Sequence record: MW822008.1 | Origin: Escherichia phage BF17 | DNA length: 64,000 nucleotides | Strand: one strand, 5' to 3' | Shown: positions 57,801 to 64,000 of the stretch, in pieces | How the letters are laid out: every line of letters starts with the position of its first letter | Position numbering within the stretch: position 1 is the first letter of the stretch | Notes under the pieces: generated by a model | The model's database searches: none | The model's input: the letters and a program-made list of their open reading frames with translations, nothing else | What the model was told of the DNA's origin: nothing | Made by a program: the position numbers and the translations under genes

Positions 57801-57861
57801 GGATATTGGTATTCATGAGAAAAGCACAGCAGCCGTTAATAACGGATTCTTCACCTGGTAA
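54856..57861 (+). CDS. 43: DNA polymerase, family B (gp43-like), 1001 aa
   Basis: Exonuclease motif FFDIETD; polymerase motif A DFNSLYPTV, motif B KILLNSLYGALLN, motif C VIYGDTDSVYF; RBS AAAGGAA. Confidence 0.9.
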   Translation: MYIDAYMERKRTGDILHVAERKNGKRILRQLDPVYEYYVESPTGEHKTIYGTNAKHLEFETQSQMNKSVEQHKNEGLRIFESDCNITFKTLAREYMGKGSPDLNVAFFDIETDFHKKFGYAPPSDPFNRVTAISLYQSWTGKDYVLTLPPTDMEMYEAQDIVRQLNEETNDPNSTVILYTDEKEMFMEFFSLIDDSDVISGWNSEFFDIPYMVNRTKKIFNEATTARWCLWNKKPNAREADNFGKTVVTYDLIGRVHLDYLALYKKHAGQVEQSYKLDYIAEKVTKENKVSYEGSLDKLYREDYITFLRYSKQDSILLKKIDAKCDFINLHNRLAHKECVLISTTMGSVALIDTAIINLAHSRGEVVFNKAPKDDIELDPEMEYYGEEGDEEDEKISAKAAGAWVQDPVLGLVSDLGCTDFNSLYPTVLRTLGMSTECILGQLRQDYTDAYLAAKVQEQKAKSKSKAFEPDWTAAWHGLFAAVEFTMVHEKSDKTLIVDLEDGSSFNATGKELYDIIFAEDSTIVLSANGTLFDKSKYGVIPDILTQWYSERKAQQKMVIDYKHMYSDGWEFNGSEKVEPLLSNYTSGTMFRTNLHDNDPVYLLRIAIGKGQWEEVAKLIVENGLVLKDGRIFCATEDKNYFKQQSAFWKQNQQIRKILLNSLYGALLNKGSRFFDKRLGQSVTLTGRSMTKHMASRINEITTGVYNHQGGSVIYGDTDSVYFSVTHYLKEQGIPYNLSKEEIVDMYIKIGDEVGESFPSFMNEMFNTGIEKGKIVGADLEMVGSRGLFLKKKRYAILKYWEDGFRKDVDGKPGEIKAMGLEIKRSDTPKYIQNFLEETLIALLVGESEAQLKQRVRDFKEVFKDMPVHEKGSPKTVKNYTNLEAEYEVSGKCKVGHVLAGIQWNRLREVYDDKTVPEVTDGTKVIVCNLKDNPMGIKAVGYPIDCVEYLPEWFLELPFDTEKMEEIVLTKKLENIFGILDMDIGIHEKSTAAVNNGFFTW

Positions 57862-57870
57862 GGAAAATAT

Positions 57871-58012
57871 TATGATTATTGCAGACGAAACTAAACTAAA
57901 ATATGACGAAGTAAATGACGTATTCTCTGATGAATCACTAGCACTGTCTGAGGACAGTGTTAACGAGGCGTGGGAACAGTACGTTTTATGGAGTGCATCC
58001 CAAGGAGAGTAA
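57871..58012 (+). CDS. Hypothetical small protein (~47 aa)
   Basis: ATG 57871 with RBS AAGGAAA right after the polymerase stop; the ORF-track start 57785 overlaps the polymerase gene. Confidence 0.35.
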
Positions 58013-58013
58013 T

Positions 58014-58316
58014 ATGGAAAATATCTATAAGCGTGTTGGTGCAGTACTGGAAGATAGTACTATCGTAAATTCAGTACTTGCATACAATAATGATGATGAA
58101 GTTGTTCTAATGTCTGCTGGTTTCACCAGATCTGGCTCTGTTGAAATTGACGGTGAGATTGTTGACGTCTATTCTATTGAAAAGAAACGCAAAGTTGTCA
58201 TTGTTGAAGATGTTAACACGTTAAAAGACTTAGAACATCTACGTTACAAATTCAACATTGGTGCAGGTGCAAACGCTGATAAGCCGTACCTTAAACGTTG
58301 GAACACAAAATACTGA
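58014..58316 (+). CDS. Hypothetical protein (~100 aa)
   Basis: ATG 58014 with RBS AAGGAGAG; the ORF-track start 57957 has no RBS. Confidence 0.45.
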   Translation: MENIYKRVGAVLEDSTIVNSVLAYNNDDEVVLMSAGFTRSGSVEIDGEIVDVYSIEKKRKVVIVEDVNTLKDLEHLRYKFNIGAGANADKPYLKRWNTKY

Positions 58317-58323
58317 TAAAAAA

Positions 58324-58353
58324 TTGAGACAAGCATCATTCACGAGATATAAT
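58324..58353 (+). promoter_or_regulatory. Sigma70-type promoter for the clamp-like gene
   Basis: TTGAGA, 18-bp spacer, TATAAT (58348-58353). Confidence 0.45.
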
Positions 58354-58420
58354 GGTGCTTGTAGTAATCTGAAGCATACAAAAACATTTTTGATTAACAA
58401 ATAAAACGGAGAATTATATA

Positions 58421-59152
58421 ATGGATCTACGCAACGTACTACGTGACCTAGTTAACACTACCAACGGCATCGACTTTTCTTGTATCGCAGTTAGCAGTGA
58501 AGACCGTGGTGATGGACAGCGTGTTTACATGGAAGCATACACCGATGACCGCACCCTAGTTATGCGTGCTCACACTAAAGAAGACGTACCAGAAGTTCAA
58601 GGTCGTTTTGGTCTTGGTAACCTAGGTCTTCTACAGGGTCTAATGTCTCTAAAAACTTATAGTACTGAAGGAACTACTATCACTTCTAACTTGAAAGATG
58701 GTGCAGTTAAGAGCCTAGCATTCAAAGCAGAAGATGCAAGTACTACTTTCATGGTTCAACCAGAAAAACTAATTCCAGCCCAGCCTCGTTTCCACGAACA
58801 ACCATATGACGTACAGGTTACACCTAGTGCAGCTAAAGTTCAGGAACTAAAAAGCTTCTCTGGTGTGTTTAAATCTTTCAGTTCTCTAGTAACTCCATAC
58901 ACTGAAGGTGATACTCTTTACTTCCACGTTGGTGAGAAGAACAAAAGTAACCACGTTGGTGCACTAGCATTCTCTAAAACTGAAGGTGAACTAGGTCTTG
59001 GTTTTGGTTATAACATTGATCGTGTTCTACAAGCTCTATCCCGCGTTTCTAACGCAGAATCTGTTACCCTTGGTATTACAAAAACTGGTATGCTAAACGT
59101 AACTCTAGACACTGGTATTGCGGTATACAAGATTTACGTAACTGGTTGCTAA
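58421..59152 (+). CDS. Putative sliding clamp, gp45-like (243 aa)
   Basis: N-terminus MDLRNVLRDLVNTTNGIDFSCIAV resembles the T4 gp45 N-terminus (MKLSKDTTALLKNFATINSGIML) from memory; size and replication-gene context fit; strongly biased codon usage. Confidence 0.5.
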   Translation: MDLRNVLRDLVNTTNGIDFSCIAVSSEDRGDGQRVYMEAYTDDRTLVMRAHTKEDVPEVQGRFGLGNLGLLQGLMSLKTYSTEGTTITSNLKDGAVKSLAFKAEDASTTFMVQPEKLIPAQPRFHEQPYDVQVTPSAAKVQELKSFSGVFKSFSSLVTPYTEGDTLYFHVGEKNKSNHVGALAFSKTEGELGLGFGYNIDRVLQALSRVSNAESVTLGITKTGMLNVTLDTGIAVYKIYVTGC

Positions 59153-59218
59153 TATAAATAATGGGGAACATGGAGTTCCCCAAATTTTTGATTTAAAAAT
59201 AAGTAAAGGAAGACAAAA

Positions 59219-59425
59219 ATGCCATTATATACATATCGTTGTGAAAAAGAAGAATGTAAACACAGTTTAGAAAAGATTGTAAAAATTGCCAATCGTGAAG
59301 AACCTCATGATTGTCCTCAATGTAATGGTGAAAAGACTATGAAGTTGGAAGTTTTTACCCCTGGTGATAAAGGTGCTAATCTTTATTTCCGTGGTAAATG
59401 GTTTGCAAACACTGGAGGTTACTGA
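59219..59425 (+). CDS. FmdB-like zinc-ribbon protein (68 aa)
   Basis: MPLYTYRCEKEEC...CPQC matches the MPxYxYxC...CxxC zinc-ribbon pattern. Confidence 0.5.
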   Translation: MPLYTYRCEKEECKHSLEKIVKIANREEPHDCPQCNGEKTMKLEVFTPGDKGANLYFRGKWFANTGGY

Positions 59426-59426
59426 T

Positions 59427-59729
59427 ATGAAAATTAAAATGATTAACGATTATGTACTGGTTCGTCAAATTGAAGCACAGAATAAAAGTACTGGTGGTAT
59501 TATCCTAGGAAACGTGGAACCACCATGTGTTGGTATGGTGATTTCAGTTGGTGAAGGTAAAGTACTACCTAATGGGCAAATTGCAGAACATAATATTTGT
59601 GTTGGTGATATGGTTGTATTCGGTCGTTCATCACTAAACACTCCTATCACTGAAGATCTTGGTGGTGGTGAAGACACATATTATGTGATGAAAATTGAAG
59701 AAATTTTTGGTAAGAAATCAAATGGCTAA
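59427..59729 (+). CDS. groES: Co-chaperonin GroES homolog (100 aa)
   Basis: MKIKMINDYVLVRQIEAQNKSTGGIILGN...VISVGEGKVLPNGQ...VGDMVVFG...YYVMKIEEI follows the GroES signature along its length; RBS GGAGG. Confidence 0.8.
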   Translation: MKIKMINDYVLVRQIEAQNKSTGGIILGNVEPPCVGMVISVGEGKVLPNGQIAEHNICVGDMVVFGRSSLNTPITEDLGGGEDTYYVMKIEEIFGKKSNG

Positions 59730-60447
59730 AAAAAGGTTTATTCCTTTCTGGATGGTCCCCGCTCATTGGGGACTTTCTGGTAAAGCGAAAGAGATTGCGA
59801 AAGCATACTACTATAACGATGATTATGAAGCTGATATGTTAGTTGCAGAACTTACATATCTAACACCATATGAAGTTGATGTAGCACAGTTGGATATCAA
59901 AAAGAAATACAATGTATTAGAAACTCTTGATTATCTAATAGCACAGGCAGATGTACAATTGAAGTATTCCAAGATTACCCGTGATGAGTATAATGTAAAA
60001 TTACTTGATGCTAAATTAAGTACTGGTGCAATTACTCAAAAAGAGTATGATATGGAAGTAATCGAACTAATGCCTGATGGTGATGACAAACGTCTTAAAG
60101 CTATCGAGTTTGCATATCGTTATGAAGAGATTACACAACAAGAGTATTCAAAGGAAATCTTTACTTTACGTAAAGAACCTTGGATTGATTTGGATGTAGT
60201 ACTTAATCCAGAAACAAATGAAGTTGAATTTGTTTTTGATTATAATGAATACTTTTGGAAAAAGTTAAAAGCGGAAGGTCATCCAGGTAATGACGAAGAA
60301 GAAATTATTGACAACTTCGTTAGAGACATGGGGCGTAAACTAGCTACGGATGATTTCAGTGATGATTATGACGTAAAGCTAGTGAATGCGAACGAAGGGT
60401 TAGAGAATCTACCTGGTTTACCTGAAGGGTTCCGTTCATACAAATAA
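59722..60447 (+). CDS. Hypothetical protein with three ITxxEY repeats (SHOCT-like); start uncertain (59695 or 59722)
   Basis: Repeats KITRDEYNVKLL, AITQKEYDMEVI, EITQQEYSKEIF; overlaps the GroES gene end by 8 nt. Confidence 0.4.
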   Translation: MAKKRFIPFWMVPAHWGLSGKAKEIAKAYYYNDDYEADMLVAELTYLTPYEVDVAQLDIKKKYNVLETLDYLIAQADVQLKYSKITRDEYNVKLLDAKLSTGAITQKEYDMEVIELMPDGDDKRLKAIEFAYRYEEITQQEYSKEIFTLRKEPWIDLDVVLNPETNEVEFVFDYNEYFWKKLKAEGHPGNDEEEIIDNFVRDMGRKLATDDFSDDYDVKLVNANEGLENLPGLPEGFRSYK

Positions 60448-60448
60448 A

Positions 60449-60480
60449 AAAAGGAGAGCAAAAGCTCTCCTTTTCTTTTA
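60449..60480. terminator. Bidirectional intrinsic terminator (near copy of the one at 14684-14715)
   Basis: aaaaaa-AGGAGAGC-aaaa-GCTCTCCT-tttctttt. Confidence 0.75.
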
Positions 60481-60491
60481 TCTTTAATTTA

Positions 60492-61181
60492 TTAAACCAT
60501 CGCTGGGATGAATTTGAATAGTTTGATACCGAAGTCACCAGCAGCATCAGCAGCTTGGGAACGTAGAACAACTTCAGTAACACCATCTTTAGCGAGTAGT
60601 GGAACTGCGGTTAGGTCATCAATTAGTAGACGGCCTTCTTCGATCTCAGTACTTGGAACGCCTTGGAAAGATTGAATATCTTTATCAAATACGTTAGCAC
60701 GTTCAACGAGGAAAGTAACTACTGAAGCACTAGCGATATCAACAGACCCAACACTTAGGATACCGTCAGCAGCGTTGGTAAAACCAGTAACTGCAAATGG
60801 CTCAACGTCGTTGCCAGCGATTTCGGAAGTAGCGATGATAACTGCACGTTGTTGAACAACATCAACGATACGTTTAACGTTAGTTTGTGCAGCGTAAGCA
60901 GCGTTATAATCAGCTTCTAGAGTTGCTGCTTCAAATGGAGTACCATCGATACGGATGATACCTTTTTCGTTTAGATATGCAACGATTTCATCAGCTACGT
61001 CAGTGTTTAGGAAACGTTGTAGACCAGCGAAAGAACCAACTGCACCAGTAACACGCACGTTAACATTACCAATTTTACTAATTGCGATAGATGCTAGGGC
61101 GTTTTTGCCACAGAAGTAACCTAGAATTTTATCAAAGGAATAACCATTGATACGTTCAAAAGAAGTATTAGTATTAGACAT
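60492..61181 (-). CDS. Abundant late protein, paralog A (229 aa); probable virion structural protein
   Basis: Shares QQRAVIIATSE and ERANVFDK with paralog B; RBS-like GGGGGA; codon usage biased. Confidence 0.5.
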   Translation of the reverse strand: MSNTNTSFERINGYSFDKILGYFCGKNALASIAISKIGNVNVRVTGAVGSFAGLQRFLNTDVADEIVAYLNEKGIIRIDGTPFEAATLEADYNAAYAAQTNVKRIVDVVQQRAVIIATSEIAGNDVEPFAVTGFTNAADGILSVGSVDIASASVVTFLVERANVFDKDIQSFQGVPSTEIEEGRLLIDDLTAVPLLAKDGVTEVVLRSQAADAAGDFGIKLFKFIPAMV

Positions 61182-61196
61182 ATTGTAGTCCCCCTA

Positions 61197-61796
61197 TTAT
61201 AGTTGTACTGGTAGAGCAGCACGAACTTTAATTGCAACAGCGTCAGCGGCAGCAGCATCACCAACACCATCAGTACCTAGAGCAACATAAGATTTGGTAC
61301 GGAAGAATTTAGCTTGTGCAATAGCTTTAGCTAGTTCAACAGTTGGATCAACTGGAACAGAGTAAGCAGCACCTGGGCGAACTTCTTGTTTGTCAAATAC
61401 GTCTTGACGTTCACAGATGAAGGTTAGAGCAACAGAACCAGCACCACCTGTAACATCAGCACCACTAGTACCAAACGCGATTACGTTACCACCAACGGTT
61501 TTAAAGTCAGCAGGGATAACAACAGCGGTGTCTAGAGCTAGTACGGAAGTAGTAACTAGTACTGCACGTTGTTGTAGTAGTTGGGTAATCATGAATTGGT
61601 TGTATTGAGCATTGCTGATTGCAGTTTGTAGTGCTTCATCTTGAATTTCGGAACCGTCAGAAGTAACAGCGGTAGTACCAACTTCAACATCTGCTGGTAG
61701 ATCAACAACGATGGTTACGAAACCATTGTTACCACCCCAGTATTCACGAGCAGTAGCAGACATACCATAGTTACGGTTAAAAGAATTAAGACTCAT
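61197..61796 (-). CDS. Abundant late protein, paralog B (199 aa); probable virion structural protein
   Basis: RBS AAGGAG; shares QQRAVLVTTS and ERQDVFDK with paralog A. Confidence 0.5.
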   Translation of the reverse strand: MSLNSFNRNYGMSATAREYWGGNNGFVTIVVDLPADVEVGTTAVTSDGSEIQDEALQTAISNAQYNQFMITQLLQQRAVLVTTSVLALDTAVVIPADFKTVGGNVIAFGTSGADVTGGAGSVALTFICERQDVFDKQEVRPGAAYSVPVDPTVELAKAIAQAKFFRTKSYVALGTDGVGDAAAADAVAIKVRAALPVQL

Positions 61797-61838
61797 AAAA
61801 ATCTCCTTGTCAAATTTTGTGCAGGAACACCCTGCTTA

Positions 61839-61853
61839 ATATTATTTATCAAA
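61839..61853 (-). promoter_or_regulatory. Late-promoter-like element, proximal copy (minus strand reads TTTGATAAATAATAT)
   Basis: 15-nt direct repeat atattatttatcaaa, copy 1; GATAAATAATAT resembles the late promoter blocks elsewhere. Confidence 0.4.
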
Positions 61854-61901
61854 AAATATAAACCACATTTAAATTTAAGGCAATATTCCCTGATCTCTAT
61901 G

Positions 61902-61916
61902 ATATTATTTATCAAA
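61902..61916 (-). promoter_or_regulatory. Late-promoter-like element, distal copy
   Basis: Second exact copy of atattatttatcaaa, 63 bp from the first. Confidence 0.35.
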
Positions 61917-61918
61917 TC

Positions 61919-64000
<2,082 letters not shown>

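Overview
This window reads as a contiguous slice of a large, AT-rich, virulent T4-like myophage genome; I see no host genes, integrase, CRISPR array or convincing tRNA. All calls rest on reading the sequence and recalling protein families from memory; no database search was run. Layout: (1) 1-12.3 kb and 14.7-35.3 kb, minus strand: receptor-binding and baseplate module (partial repetitive tail fiber, two tailspike-like proteins sharing an N-terminal module, one with a pectate-lyase-type motif, a collagen-like fiber, gp5-like spike carrying a C-terminal lysozyme, a paralogous free endolysin, gp25-like and gp6-like wedge proteins, a ~3,300-aa giant protein, a Nudix hydrolase). A single plus-strand ClpA-like unfoldase gene with its own sigma70-type promoter and terminator interrupts this module. 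(2) 35.3-39.4 kb, plus strand: gp55-like late sigma factor with a large insertion, then gp47/gp46 (Mre11/Rad50-like). (3) 39.4-41.8 kb, minus strand: an endonuclease VII-like gene, two small genes, and an 0.84-kb ORF-free island holding a complete plus-strand promoter-to-terminator unit. I consider this island the best candidate for something undescribed (structured ncRNA or replication origin). (4) 41.9-50.2 kb, plus strand: head module in T4 order (portal, prohead core proteins, gp21-like protease, scaffold, gp23-like major capsid protein) driven by TATAAATA-type late promoters. (5) 50.3-54.4 kb: an islet with two T5orf172/GIY-YIG-like genes under a consensus sigma70 promoter, plus an extra HxH-repeat tail fiber and chaperone. 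(6) 54.4-64 kb: replication and accessory genes (DsbA-like, family B DNA polymerase, clamp-like protein, zinc-ribbon protein, GroES homolog, RNase H), a minus-strand pair of paralogous abundant proteins, and a partial P-loop ORF at the edge. Several ORF-track starts were revised where an upstream ATG sits inside an ATGGAG Shine-Dalgarno or the true start is downstream.
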